DNA of 64,000 nt. Source: Desulfosudaceae bacterium. GTDB lineage: Bacteria; Desulfobacterota; Desulfobacteria; Desulfobacterales; Desulfosudaceae. Within the stretch, counting starts at the first letter, position 1, and every line of letters starts with the position of its first letter. A program made the position numbers and the translations under genes. The stretch is taken from assembly GCA_963674745.2 (NCBI GenBank), contig CAXXDV010000003.1, positions 768,001 through 832,000 of the forward strand. The letters are read 5' to 3'. Of the stretch, positions 48,709 through 58,815 are shown in pieces. Below the pieces are notes generated by a model. The model was not told where the DNA came from. It searched no databases and worked only from the letters and a program-made list of their open reading frames with translations.

Positions 48709-49844
48709 TATATCCTTTCCACAAACGCCTGGGCGCGCATTTTAACCCGTTCGGTTTCAACCAGCGGACCGTATTCCCGCTCCAGTTTCAGGCAGGGAAT
48801 TCCCATGGCCGTCAGGTCGTTTTCAAACAGGCTGTTCTCGCAACCGTGCATATCACAAAAACGGATGTTCTGGAGAATCACCCCCTGTGCCCCGGACTGT
48901 TTTACCCGCTCGGCCAGAAAAGCGCTCCTTTCTTTGAACCGGCCGAACATACGCGGATGATTCAGATTCATCAGGTAAGCCCGGGCAATTTCATACAGCG
49001 GGTCATCACTGTCTTCTTCGATCATGTTTTCGTAATACTTGGCACCGAAAGACATCATGTCGCCCACAACGACCGCCCCGGTCTGCTCGATGCTTTCGAT
49101 AAAGGCCCGGTCATCGTTGACACTTCCGACCATGAACAATTTTTTCCCTTTGACGGTTTTGGGGCTCGATTCCAGTTCGGACAAAAGCGTTTCGGTCAGC
49201 TCGACAAATTTCTCCATGGGCATGGAAACGGCCGCCACAAATACCGACAGGGCGTCGGTGCCTGAAATGGGAACACCCGGGCGGCTTCGGATGTCGTCCA
49301 GCCGCCGGAGCAGCCGTCGGCCATGGTTATGCAGTTTGATCGAGTGGTTCAGGCTCTCCGTGGTAATTTTTACATCGAATCGGTTTTCCAACGTTTTGAC
49401 GTGCAGGCGCAATTCTTCGGTAAACCATTCCAGGTTGAAATCATATTTTTTATGAGGTACGGCAAAATAATAATGATACGGCGGCAGCAGGCCGTCCATA
49501 TCTTTGGCGGCCCTTCTCCAGCAGTCATCCAGCCGGCGCATGGTGTCGCACAGGGAAGACGTAACCACCCCGTCCAGGAATTTTAACTTTCCTTCTCCGG
49601 CCATTTGCAGGATGCTCTTGGGGAAGCTGCAGACCACCGGCCCGAAATGGGCGTCGCCCAGTGTTGTGGCCGTTATTTGGTTGGCACGAAGCCGGATACC
49701 GAGCATCCCGGCGGCGTGATAGACTTCCGGGACCGGCACCTGGGAGTAGCAGATACCGATCACCTTGCCCCCGTTGGCCTGAAATTCTTGAACGTAGCTG
49801 TTGTATATGGACGCGTGTATTTCAGTGAATTTATCGATCATCAT
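48708..49844 (-). CDS. 2-hydroxyacyl-CoA dehydratase family subunit (HgdB/BcrC-like)
   Basis: PEVYHAAG, VCSF, LCD..RR, RFCD, R.QAFVE. Confidence 0.82.
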   Translation of the reverse strand: MMIDKFTEIHASIYNSYVQEFQANGGKVIGICYSQVPVPEVYHAAGMLGIRLRANQITATTLGDAHFGPVVCSFPKSILQMAGEGKLKFLDGVVTSSLCDTMRRLDDCWRRAAKDMDGLLPPYHYYFAVPHKKYDFNLEWFTEELRLHVKTLENRFDVKITTESLNHSIKLHNHGRRLLRRLDDIRSRPGVPISGTDALSVFVAAVSMPMEKFVELTETLLSELESSPKTVKGKKLFMVGSVNDDRAFIESIEQTGAVVVGDMMSFGAKYYENMIEEDSDDPLYEIARAYLMNLNHPRMFGRFKERSAFLAERVKQSGAQGVILQNIRFCDMHGCENSLFENDLTAMGIPCLKLEREYGPLVETERVKMRAQAFVERI

Positions 49845-51132
49845 TATCGACTCCCATGATGCCTTTAAGCCGGATCAGGGCTTCCTGTAATTCGTGGTCG
49901 GTGTCGTCGGGGTCAGGTTCCAGAATGTCGCAGATGCCGTGGATTAGTGGCGGTATCAGCGGCAGGGCCAGGGGCTTTACCGCTTTTATGATGTCCCGGA
50001 TAAGATCGTTTTCAGCAAGTAGCCCGATTTCATCCATATCAACAGAGGCAACCAGGTTGGAGACCGTCTGCGGAATGCGTTCCGGATCTGATGCGTAAAC
50101 GGAATTGATCACTTCAGCCATCAGGGAGATCAGGTCGGCCAGTTCAAGCTCATCAAAGGCTTCCGTCAGGGCCTTGATCATATCACTCAAATCTTTTTCA
50201 GGCAGATCGGCCAGGATCTGCAACCGGTTTTTCATCCCCCGGATACGGGCGTTCTTCGACAGGGCCGCTGCAATAAACATGTTTTTGCCGAAGTCGGGAT
50301 AGGCTCGCATCATGTCGGATACAGCATTTTTGACGGCTTCCCTGTCTTCCGCTTTTCCGGCCACGGCTTCGGCATATCGCCGGGGGTCGATTTCGCTGAC
50401 AATGTCTTTGAGAATATCGCCTACCAGATTCTGCACGGCGGGTGTGACCCCGTCGCCGCTCAGGCTGCTGCCGATATGGATGCGTCGAACCAGTTCATAG
50501 TGGTCATTGAGCATCCGTCCGATTTCTTTCCAGTCGATATTGCCATTGAGACCATTAAAAACTTCAAAGACCATCTCCGGCGGCATGATTTTAAGCTGGG
50601 TTTCCAGGTAGGATTTTAAGCTGTTGGCGGCAATGCTGATGACGGTCGGCAGGGCGGCTGTGGCGGCCATGAGTTTGCCCTGGTATTCCCCCAGAAGCTC
50701 GTTGAGCTGCCGGGCGGTTTCAATCCGGCCGGGCTTTGATGACTCCAGCATGGTTTTCCAGGCGGAAACATCCGTGTTGTCAAGGAAGGCCTTGACAGAG
50801 GCGGTCAGTTTTTCAGCCGATCCGGTCGGGTTTTTATTGTTTTCATGCGTCTGCAGCATCCAGCGGAACATCATCAGGCGCCCCAGGTCGGCGGCGATAT
50901 CGGCGGAACGGTTGCTTTCCGAGGAGGGCAGGTTCGGTATTGTTTTCAAGGCCAGAAAAGAGAAAAACCGTTTAAAGGGATTGCCGGCCGCCCAGGTGGC
51001 CATGACGGTCTCGACAATAGATAATACGGTCTGCTGTTGCTGTTCATTACCCAAAATTTTGACCGTGATATCTCCCAGCAGACGATCAATTTCTTTTTGG
51101 AGTCCTTCGATACTTTCCGGAACGTTTTCCAC
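49831..51132 (-). CDS. Hypothetical alpha-helical protein, first gene of the dehydratase operon
   Basis: 433-aa ORF, AGGGG RBS with GTG start, overlaps the next gene. Confidence 0.7.
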   Translation of the reverse strand: MENVPESIEGLQKEIDRLLGDITVKILGNEQQQQTVLSIVETVMATWAAGNPFKRFFSFLALKTIPNLPSSESNRSADIAADLGRLMMFRWMLQTHENNKNPTGSAEKLTASVKAFLDNTDVSAWKTMLESSKPGRIETARQLNELLGEYQGKLMAATAALPTVISIAANSLKSYLETQLKIMPPEMVFEVFNGLNGNIDWKEIGRMLNDHYELVRRIHIGSSLSGDGVTPAVQNLVGDILKDIVSEIDPRRYAEAVAGKAEDREAVKNAVSDMMRAYPDFGKNMFIAAALSKNARIRGMKNRLQILADLPEKDLSDMIKALTEAFDELELADLISLMAEVINSVYASDPERIPQTVSNLVASVDMDEIGLLAENDLIRDIIKAVKPLALPLIPPLIHGICDILEPDPDDTDHELQEALIRLKGIMGVDNDDR

Positions 51133-51197
51133 TGGTTTTTCCCCTGTTTTGGCGATGGCGGCTTGACAAAATTTCTTAATTTTTTCAGGATACTAAT

Positions 51198-51222
51198 ATT
51201 TGGTCACCGATGGTGACCAAAT
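51198..51222. promoter_or_regulatory. Perfect palindromic operator candidate
   Basis: ATTTGGTCACC-GAT-GGTGACCAAAT, downstream of minus-strand TTGACA(51289)-N18-TAGAAT. Confidence 0.6.
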
Positions 51223-51322
51223 GGCCAAAAAAAAAGTAAATTAAGGTGAATTTTTTTAAATTCTAATATTGTCCGGTAAAGGTTGTCAAGAAAAAATATG
51301 GATATCCTTCCGGCGCAATTTG

Positions 51323-51844
51323 TTAAACATTAACTTCCTTGAATGATTGGGCATATAGATTTGGAAGCCCGGCGTACAACTGCTGGCCATAGGTCAGGTT
51401 GGCTTTGTGTTTTTCCGTAACCGGCCCTATTTTTCTGGCGGGAATGCCGCCGAAAATTTCATTCGAAGGAATTACCTGGCGTTTCATGACCAACGATTTT
51501 TCGGCCAGCATGGCCCATTCACCGACTCGGGAATAGTCACAGATCATCGACTGCATGCCGATCAGGGCACAATCTTCGATAACCGCATCATGAATCATGG
51601 CCATATGACCTATGATAACGCGGTTTCCAATGACGACCTGGTCTGCTTCGTGAATGATGACACCTTCCTCCACCGCGGTTTCATCACCGATGGTGATCGT
51701 GCCGAAGTCGGCCCGGATGACCGCACCGAAACCGATATAGCAGTTTTGGCCAATGGTGACTGCGCCGATAATTTCCGCACTGGGCGCGATCCAGGTGCCC
51801 GGGCTCACGAACGGTTGTTTTCCGTTAAATTCGTACAGCGGCAT
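51323..51844 (-). CDS. Gamma-carbonic anhydrase family (YrdA/CaiE/PaaY-like)
   Basis: Hexapeptide repeats, IRAD, three His (IIH, IGH, MIH), GIPA. Confidence 0.88.
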   Translation of the reverse strand: MPLYEFNGKQPFVSPGTWIAPSAEIIGAVTIGQNCYIGFGAVIRADFGTITIGDETAVEEGVIIHEADQVVIGNRVIIGHMAMIHDAVIEDCALIGMQSMICDYSRVGEWAMLAEKSLVMKRQVIPSNEIFGGIPARKIGPVTEKHKANLTYGQQLYAGLPNLYAQSFKEVNV

Positions 51845-51960
51845 AATCCCTCCATTTATCAGATAAAACGGTAAAAAGAGAATAAGTTTACAAGCAGGCT
51901 GTGATGATGCCGGATATACTACAGGAAATTGTTCGGTAAGGCACTAAATATTCATCATCA

Positions 51961-52887
51961 CTATTTCCCCGAAAGACTGTCCCAGAAAGCTTTGCCCTGT
52001 TCTATTCCGTGGCCGGGCTGCCGGTTGTTATCGGATTTCGGGCCGGACCCGGTCCCCCGTAACCGGGCAATGCGGTCCTCCAGGGGTGGGTGAGTGCTGA
52101 AAAGACCGGCCAGGCGCTGACCGGACAGGGGATTGACGATGAACATATGGGCCGTGGCGGGACTGGCCGCCATGGGGGTGCGCCTGCTGGAGTATGTGCC
52201 CAGTTTTTCCAGGGCATCGGCCAGGCCGTCGGCAGACCCCATAAAGCGGGCGCCGGTGGCATCGGCCTGGTACTCCCGTGAGCGGGATATGGCCATCTGA
52301 ATAAGGGCCGCTGCCAGCGGCGCCAGGAACGACATGACCAGCAGCACAATCATGTTGCCGCCGCCCTCGTCGTCCGAGCGGCCCCCGAAAAAGGCTGACC
52401 AGCGGGCCATGGTGGCCAGCATCATGACGGCCCCGGCCATTGTGGCCGCAATGGTCTGGATAAGGGTATCCCGGTTTTTGACATGGGCCAGTTCGTGGGC
52501 CAGAACCCCCATGATTTCCTCCGGGTTCATTATGCGGAGAAGCCCCTGGGTAACGGCCACGACCGCGTTGTCCGGGTTCCTTCCGGTGGCAAAGGCATTG
52601 GGCGCGTCATTGGGGATGATATAGATTTTCGGCATGGGCATGTCGGCCTGGCGGGTAAGTTGCTCCACCATACGATATAATTCCGGTGCCTGCTGCGGCG
52701 AGGCTTCAACCGCCCGATACATTTTCAGAACGATTTTGTCCGAATACCAGTAACTGAAAAAATTCATGCCGCCTGCGAAAACAAAGGCGATGATCATGCC
52801 CTGGCGCCCACCCAGAACATTTCCGACCAGAACGATAAAAACGGTCATCAGGGCCAGTAGAAAAGTGGTTCGAATCTGGTTGCTCAT
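51961..52887 (-). CDS. htpX: Zinc metalloprotease HtpX
   Basis: [43 protein letters not shown] favours the ATG at 52887. Confidence 0.95.
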   Translation of the reverse strand: MSNQIRTTFLLALMTVFIVLVGNVLGGRQGMIIAFVFAGGMNFFSYWYSDKIVLKMYRAVEASPQQAPELYRMVEQLTRQADMPMPKIYIIPNDAPNAFATGRNPDNAVVAVTQGLLRIMNPEEIMGVLAHELAHVKNRDTLIQTIAATMAGAVMMLATMARWSAFFGGRSDDEGGGNMIVLLVMSFLAPLAAALIQMAISRSREYQADATGARFMGSADGLADALEKLGTYSSRRTPMAASPATAHMFIVNPLSGQRLAGLFSTHPPLEDRIARLRGTGSGPKSDNNRQPGHGIEQGKAFWDSLSGK

Positions 52888-53039
52888 TTTCAAACTCCTT
52901 TGGTCATATCCTTACTTTTAAAGTAGTGTCCATCGTTTTCGGTTAGCTTCGCAGTTGTTATGCTTTTTTAATAAACTAAGGTGAAAGTGGCCGGTGTCAA
53001 TGCCGACGTCCCTGAAAACAGCGGTACGGCAGTCAACGC

Positions 53040-54773
53040 TCAGGCAGGTGTTACCTCGGCGTATTCAATGACGAGCTGGGGGGTGTTCTTACCATTATAC
53101 GTGTCCCGGCGCAAACGAAAGACAATGCGGTGGAAATGCCTGGCTTCCTGCTGATCGGCCGGCGTATTAAAGCAGATGGCGTTAATCGGGGTCTCGGAGC
53201 TCATTCGACCATTGGAGAGGGTCATTTTCCGGTGTTGCCCTTTGATTAAAAAAGCGGACGTCACCGATATGTTTTCCGCCATGAACAGGGGCTCCGGGTT
53301 TTGCTCGCCGAAAGGCTGCAGGGATTCGATTTCATCGAGCAGTTTTTTTGAAATCCGGTCCAGGGGCAGGCGGCAGTCGACTTCAATTACCGGCACAAAA
53401 TCTTCCGGTTTCGTGCGCTCATGTACGATCTGTTCGAACTGTTTTTCAAACCGGGAAATATTTTCACATTTTATTTTAAATCCGGCCGCACGGGCATGGC
53501 CGCCGAAATCTTCAAAAAGATCGGCGCACTGGGACATGGTTTCGTAAAGGTTGACCCCCGGAATGCTTCTTGCCGAACCAACGCCGATATCTCCGTTAAT
53601 GGCGATCAGGGCCACCGGCAAAAAATATTTTCTCACCACCCGTGAAGCAACGATACCGATGATGCCCGGGTGCCACTGACGATGGGCCAGCACCAGTGTC
53701 TTTTTCTCGCGCATCATGTTCGGGGCGGCGGAAATCACTTTTTCGATTTCATCTGAAACGTCTTCTTCAAACAGTTGCCGCCGGGAATTGAGTTTGTTCA
53801 GAATACCGGCAATTTGACCGGCCTGGTCGGTATCGGTAGTCATCAGTAGTTCAAAGGCGGTTTTACCGTGATCGATCCGGCCGGCGGCATTGATCCTGGG
53901 CGCGAGCACAAAAGCGATATCTTCAGCGATCAGGGGGCGTTTTCTGAGCCTGGCCACGTTCAGGAGTGCCTGGATGCCGGGCCGGGGCCGATCGTTTAAA
54001 ATTTCAAGCCCGGCTTTGGTGAAAATGCGGTTTTCCCCGACCAGGGGTACGATATCGGCCACGGTGCCGATGGCGACCAGGTCACAGTACTGTTTCAGGT
54101 TCGGTTCGGGGCTGTCTTCCCAGAATCCCTGTTCACGAAGAAAGGCCCGCAGGGCGATGACCAGGTAGAACGCCACCCCCACGCCGGCCAGCATGGTCAA
54201 ACCTGAGAGACAGTCATGGCGTGACGGGTTAAGCATGGCCAGTGCTTCGGGATAAGGGGGAGAAACCTGGTGATGGTCGGTGATAATCAGATCGATACCG
54301 GCCTGGCGACAGGCCTGCGCCGCCTCCGTGCTGCCGGAACCGCAATCCACGGTAATGACCAGGTCGGTTTCCGGTTTGATACCGCCGCCGGTTATCAGAT
54401 CGCTTTTTAAGCCGTATCCTTCCATGATGCGGTGAGGGATATAAGCGGAGACATCCGAACCGGTGCTTTGCAGAAAATCAACCAGCAGGGCGGTTGCGGT
54501 GATGCCGTCGGCGTCATAATCGCCGAATACGAGAATTTTTTCTTTTTTTTCAATGGCTTTGGCAATCCGCTCAACCGCGCTGCCGATATCCCTGATCATC
54601 GACGGCGGGGAAATATGGGCCAGTGAATCCCGCAAAAAAGAGCGGGCTGTCTTGAGGTCATCTATCCCCCGGTTGACCAGAAGGGTCGCTGTTACGGGGT
54701 TGATGCTCAAGGAACGGCTGAGTTTTTCGACCTTTTGTACCGCCGGCTGTTTTGTCCGGATTTCACGTTTCAT
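53040..54773 (-). CDS. recJ: ssDNA exonuclease RecJ
   Basis: GDYDADG, EGYG, TVDCG, TDHH, GTVADIVPL, PRINAAGR, FGGH, PFG.NPEP. Confidence 0.96.
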   Translation of the reverse strand: MKREIRTKQPAVQKVEKLSRSLSINPVTATLLVNRGIDDLKTARSFLRDSLAHISPPSMIRDIGSAVERIAKAIEKKEKILVFGDYDADGITATALLVDFLQSTGSDVSAYIPHRIMEGYGLKSDLITGGGIKPETDLVITVDCGSGSTEAAQACRQAGIDLIITDHHQVSPPYPEALAMLNPSRHDCLSGLTMLAGVGVAFYLVIALRAFLREQGFWEDSPEPNLKQYCDLVAIGTVADIVPLVGENRIFTKAGLEILNDRPRPGIQALLNVARLRKRPLIAEDIAFVLAPRINAAGRIDHGKTAFELLMTTDTDQAGQIAGILNKLNSRRQLFEEDVSDEIEKVISAAPNMMREKKTLVLAHRQWHPGIIGIVASRVVRKYFLPVALIAINGDIGVGSARSIPGVNLYETMSQCADLFEDFGGHARAAGFKIKCENISRFEKQFEQIVHERTKPEDFVPVIEVDCRLPLDRISKKLLDEIESLQPFGEQNPEPLFMAENISVTSAFLIKGQHRKMTLSNGRMSSETPINAICFNTPADQQEARHFHRIVFRLRRDTYNGKNTPQLVIEYAEVTPA

Positions 54774-54890
54774 AACAGCGACTATATACCACCCTCCATA
54801 TGGCCGGGCAACCGGTAAATGAGATAGCAGGGTTCAATTATTACCTTAGTTCTTGAGACCGGCTGGGGTGGATGATATATTTTTTTTATC

Positions 54891-55868
54891 ATGCTGTCGA
54901 TTTTGGAAAAACAACGGAACGTTTCGCGGGTTCGGCCGGGGCTCTGGCAACGGCTTGAGGCCTGCGATTTGTGCCCCCGTGAGTGTGGCGTCAATCGACT
55001 GGCCGGTGAACAGGGGTTCTGCTCCTTGTCCGGTGACGGGGTGCCGGTGTCCAGTTACTGTGTTCACCGTGGTGAAGAACCGCCCATCTCCGGCTGTGAC
55101 GGGTCCGGCACGATTTTTTTCGGCCATTGCAACCTGGGGTGTGTGTTCTGCCAGAACCACCAGATCAGTGACAACTCCCTGCCCGTGGATGAGACGCTGA
55201 TCTCGGTTGATGATCTGGCCGCTGTCATGCGGGTGCTGCAGGCCATGGGTTGCCATAACATTAATTTTGTCACCCCGACCCATGTTTTGCCCTATATAAT
55301 CGCTGCTCTGGAAATCGCTTTTCAACAAGGGCTGACCATACCCCTGGTTTATAATTGCGGTGGGTATGAAAAAGCCGAGATTATCCGGTTGCTGGATGGT
55401 ATCATGGATATCTACCTGCCGGACATTAAATATATGGATGCCGATCTGGCCGGTAAACATTCCCGAGCCGCAGATTATCCGCAAATGGCGGCCGCGGCCG
55501 TAAAAGAAATGTACCGGCAAACGGGCCGTACGGTAGAAATAAATCCAAAAACCGGTGCGGCCCTACGAGGGCTTATCATCCGTCACCTGGTGCTGCCCGG
55601 ATGCGTTGACAACTCCCTGGACATACTTGACTTTATCGCTCGCGAATTGTCTCCGGAGGTTCATCTTTCGTTGATGTCTCAGTACCACCCAACTGCCGGG
55701 GCGGGGCTGTGCGGTCCGCCTCTGAATCGAACACTCGGTCGGGAAGAATATACAACTGTCCGTGAAAGGGCTGAAGCTCTGGGGATAGAAAACGGTTGGT
55801 TCCAGGAAATGTCGAGTTACCGTCATTATCGGCCGGACTTTTGTAAAGACCACCCGTTTGAAGATTGA
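54891..55868 (+). CDS. PflX-like radical SAM protein
   Basis: CDLCPREC, HRGEEP, CNLGCVFCQN, NINFVTP, DIYLPD.KY, IRHLVLP. Confidence 0.88.
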   Translation: MLSILEKQRNVSRVRPGLWQRLEACDLCPRECGVNRLAGEQGFCSLSGDGVPVSSYCVHRGEEPPISGCDGSGTIFFGHCNLGCVFCQNHQISDNSLPVDETLISVDDLAAVMRVLQAMGCHNINFVTPTHVLPYIIAALEIAFQQGLTIPLVYNCGGYEKAEIIRLLDGIMDIYLPDIKYMDADLAGKHSRAADYPQMAAAAVKEMYRQTGRTVEINPKTGAALRGLIIRHLVLPGCVDNSLDILDFIARELSPEVHLSLMSQYHPTAGAGLCGPPLNRTLGREEYTTVRERAEALGIENGWFQEMSSYRHYRPDFCKDHPFED

Positions 55869-55985
55869 ACAGGCTTTTCTTGCGGAAAACAGGCGATGCT
55901 GGTAAAAAACATACAGGGTCAGGAGTTTTGAACATGTCCCGTTTGCCTGAAAATAATAAAGAATGACTATTTTGGAGAGACGAAG

Positions 55986-57476
55986 ATGGAAGATCATAAA
56001 AACGAAGATTTCGAAGACGATGACGATCTTGACAGGGAAGAAGATCAGTCGCAGGAGTTTGCGGCACTGCTTGATTCCTATATGTCGGAAACGGAGATAG
56101 CCGATATACGAATGGGGGACAAGATTACCGGCGAGGTTATCGCTATCGGATCGGACAGCGTTTATATCAATACCGGCGGTAAAGAGGACGGCGTAATTGA
56201 AAAATCCGAACTGTTGGATGAAAATGGCGAAATTTCCTGCCGGAAGGGTGATCGACTGACGCTTTACGTTGTGGCCGCCGGGGATGGAGAGATCCGGTTG
56301 TCAAAGGCCATGTCCGCAACCGGTAACGCGGACATGCTTTATGAGGCACACCAGAGCCGTGTTCCGGTTGAGGGCAAGGTTACGGAAACCTGCAAGGGTG
56401 GTTTTCGGGTACGGGTCATGGGGCACAGTGCTTTTTGTCCGGTCAGCCAGATGGACGTTCAATATGTTGAAAAGCCGGAAACCTTTGTCGGCGCCACCCT
56501 GGAATTTTTAATCGAACGCATTGAATCCGGCGGCCGGAACCTGGTCGTTAACCGGCGCCGACATCTGGAACGGCTGCAGGCAGAAGAGCGGGAAAAATTT
56601 CTGAAAACCGTTACCACCGGTGATATTGTTGACGGCCGGGTGACCCGTATCATGCCCTATGGGGCCTTTATTGAACTGAACACCGGGGTGGAGGGGATGG
56701 CCCATATTTCCGAGTTGGGTTGGTCGCGGGTGTCGGATCCGTCTGAAGTGGTTAAAGCCGGTGACCAGCTGCCGGTCAAAATTCTGTCCATAGAAAAAGC
56801 GGGCGGTAAAAACGGCAGCCCCAAAATAGCCCTGTCCGTCAAACAGGCCGGTCAAGATCCCTGGACAACGATTAGCGAAAAGTTTAAAGCCGGTGACAAA
56901 GTCACGGGCCGTGTGACCCGCTGTGCCCCTTTCGGTGCTTTTGTCGAACTGGCCCCGGGTATCGAGGGACTGGTGCATATCAGCGAAATGAGTTTTACCC
57001 GGCGGGTGGTCAAAGCAGAGGATGTGGTCAGCCCGGGAGAAACGGTGGCGGTGACGGTCATATCCGTTGACGCTGTCAATCGGCGGTTGTCATTGAGCAT
57101 CAGGGAGGCCGAAGGCGATCCCTGGCTGACCATTGCCGACAAACTGTCCGTAGGGAAGGTTATATCAGGCACCATTGAAAGAAAAGCCGACTTCGGGTAT
57201 TTTGTCACCCTGGCGCCGGGGATTACCGGGTTATTGCCTAAATCCAATATTGAAATCGCTGCAGATCCACAGGCTATCGACCGGTTGAAAGTGGATGATC
57301 CCATTCCCGTCAGAATCGAAGCGATGGATCTTGAAGAACGAAAAATCAGCCTGGCACCGTCCGATGGTGGAGATGCGACGGAATGGAAAGACTTTTCTCA
57401 GAAAGGCCGGCAGGCCCCATCGGGACTGGGGGTGCTGGGGCAGAAGCTTCAGGACGCGATGAAATCAGACAAATAA
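55986..57476 (+). CDS. rpsA: Ribosomal protein S1 family protein (about 5 S1 domains)
   Basis: Repeated YGAFIEL..GVEG..HISE and FGAFVEL..GIEGLVHISE, SL..DPW. Confidence 0.75.
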   Translation: MEDHKNEDFEDDDDLDREEDQSQEFAALLDSYMSETEIADIRMGDKITGEVIAIGSDSVYINTGGKEDGVIEKSELLDENGEISCRKGDRLTLYVVAAGDGEIRLSKAMSATGNADMLYEAHQSRVPVEGKVTETCKGGFRVRVMGHSAFCPVSQMDVQYVEKPETFVGATLEFLIERIESGGRNLVVNRRRHLERLQAEEREKFLKTVTTGDIVDGRVTRIMPYGAFIELNTGVEGMAHISELGWSRVSDPSEVVKAGDQLPVKILSIEKAGGKNGSPKIALSVKQAGQDPWTTISEKFKAGDKVTGRVTRCAPFGAFVELAPGIEGLVHISEMSFTRRVVKAEDVVSPGETVAVTVISVDAVNRRLSLSIREAEGDPWLTIADKLSVGKVISGTIERKADFGYFVTLAPGITGLLPKSNIEIAADPQAIDRLKVDDPIPVRIEAMDLEERKISLAPSDGGDATEWKDFSQKGRQAPSGLGVLGQKLQDAMKSDK

Positions 57477-57482
57477 TATTTT

Positions 57483-57552
57483 AAGGTTCATCTGAATCCT
57501 CGGCCCCTTGAATCCTTGAACCCTGTGCGTCCACTAAATTAGAGAAGAACCT
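57483..57552. repeat. Short intergenic element with 8-bp repeats and imperfect inverted ends
   Basis: AGGTTCATCT...CCCTTGAA TCCTTGAA CCCT...AGAAGAACCT. Confidence 0.6.
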
Positions 57553-57589
57553 ATTTTAATAATTAAAGTATTATCGTATGGGAGGGATT

Positions 57590-57988
57590 ATGAATAAAGC
57601 AAACGATACACATTTGAAATCCATCGGCTATATTCTCTGGTTGTTCGGTTTCACGGGGTCGCATCGCTTTTATTATGGAAAGCCCATAACAGGGACTATT
57701 TATTTTTTTACTTTCGGTCTTTTTTTTATCGGCTGGATCATTGACCTGTTTCTGATCCCTTCCATGGATCGCCGGGCTGATATAAAATTCCAGTCCGGAC
57801 CCGTTGATTACAATCTGACATGGATTTTGCTGACGTTTCTCGGGGTGTTTGGCGTTCACCGGATGTATATGGGGAAATGGATTACCGGTATTATTTATTT
57901 TTTTACCGGCGGACTGTTTTTTGTCGGATACCTTTATGATTTCTGTACGCTGAACGCCCAGGTGGATCAGGTAAACCGTTCGCGATAA
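57590..57988 (+). CDS. Double TM2/NINE-domain membrane protein
   Basis: GFTGSHRFYYGK and GVFGVHRMYMGK repeats. Confidence 0.88.
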   Translation: MNKANDTHLKSIGYILWLFGFTGSHRFYYGKPITGTIYFFTFGLFFIGWIIDLFLIPSMDRRADIKFQSGPVDYNLTWILLTFLGVFGVHRMYMGKWITGIIYFFTGGLFFVGYLYDFCTLNAQVDQVNRSR

Positions 57989-58137
57989 GGCCGGGTATGA
58001 TAAAGCCCTGAAAGTTCAAAAAACTTGTTGATCTCAGGAAATTATGTTAAATGAATGATAATATATTACGTTTGTGAACATAACGCTGACATGTTCTGCT
58101 TTTGGAATTTGACAGGAATTTGCCGGGAGGAAGGGCA

Positions 58138-58746
58138 ATGCCGGAATCATCGTTTAAAAATCTGAGAGAGGGAGAGCGGGAAGTCCGTAAAACGATTATA
58201 CTCGATGCCACTGTTCAACTCTTTAATGAAAAAGGGTTTCACGCTGTAGGCATGCGGGATATCGCTGCTGTGGCCGGCATTTCTGCGGCAACGATTTACC
58301 GGTACTTCCCCAGCAGGGATGATATTATCGTTGAAATACTGATTCAGGGCATCAACGATATTGAAAAACTGATTGACGAAACGCTTGAAACCCAGTCCAT
58401 CAGGCTTGAAAAGCTTGCTATACAAGTAGTTGATTATTTTTATGACAATGAAATGATTTTCCAGATGATGTGTTATTTTCTGACACGTCGGGCGGTTGAT
58501 CCCGATGCCACCAAAAAATTTACCATGATATCAGAATATTTTCTTAACATGTTCAATATGAAGTTAAAGCAGAAAGGGATTGTGACTGAAGCCCTGGCTT
58601 CTCAGGCTTTTTTTGCGTCCATTTGCGGGGTGGTGCTGACTTTTTTGCATTATCCGGGTTTGAATGATGATGAAAAGAAGGCGTATATGCATCGCCTGGC
58701 ACTGGCCATTATCAAGGGTGAACAGGGGTTGGCGCTGCTGCCTTGA
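58138..58746 (+). CDS. TetR/AcrR family regulator
   Basis: ILDAT..LF..KGF....MRDIA..AGISAATIYRYFPSR. Confidence 0.9.
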   Translation: MPESSFKNLREGEREVRKTIILDATVQLFNEKGFHAVGMRDIAAVAGISAATIYRYFPSRDDIIVEILIQGINDIEKLIDETLETQSIRLEKLAIQVVDYFYDNEMIFQMMCYFLTRRAVDPDATKKFTMISEYFLNMFNMKLKQKGIVTEALASQAFFASICGVVLTFLHYPGLNDDEKKAYMHRLALAIIKGEQGLALLP

Positions 58747-58815
58747 TAAGATGGTCTCGGGATCAGAGACTTTTTATGGGTATTTTGAGGGAAATGGGGA
58801 TAGCGAGGTAAAGCA

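Noticed and set aside
32500..51200. Accessory region as a genomic island or prophage
   Set aside because: No integrase, tRNA attachment site, phage genes or obvious compositional shift, and host-type REP repeats occur throughout
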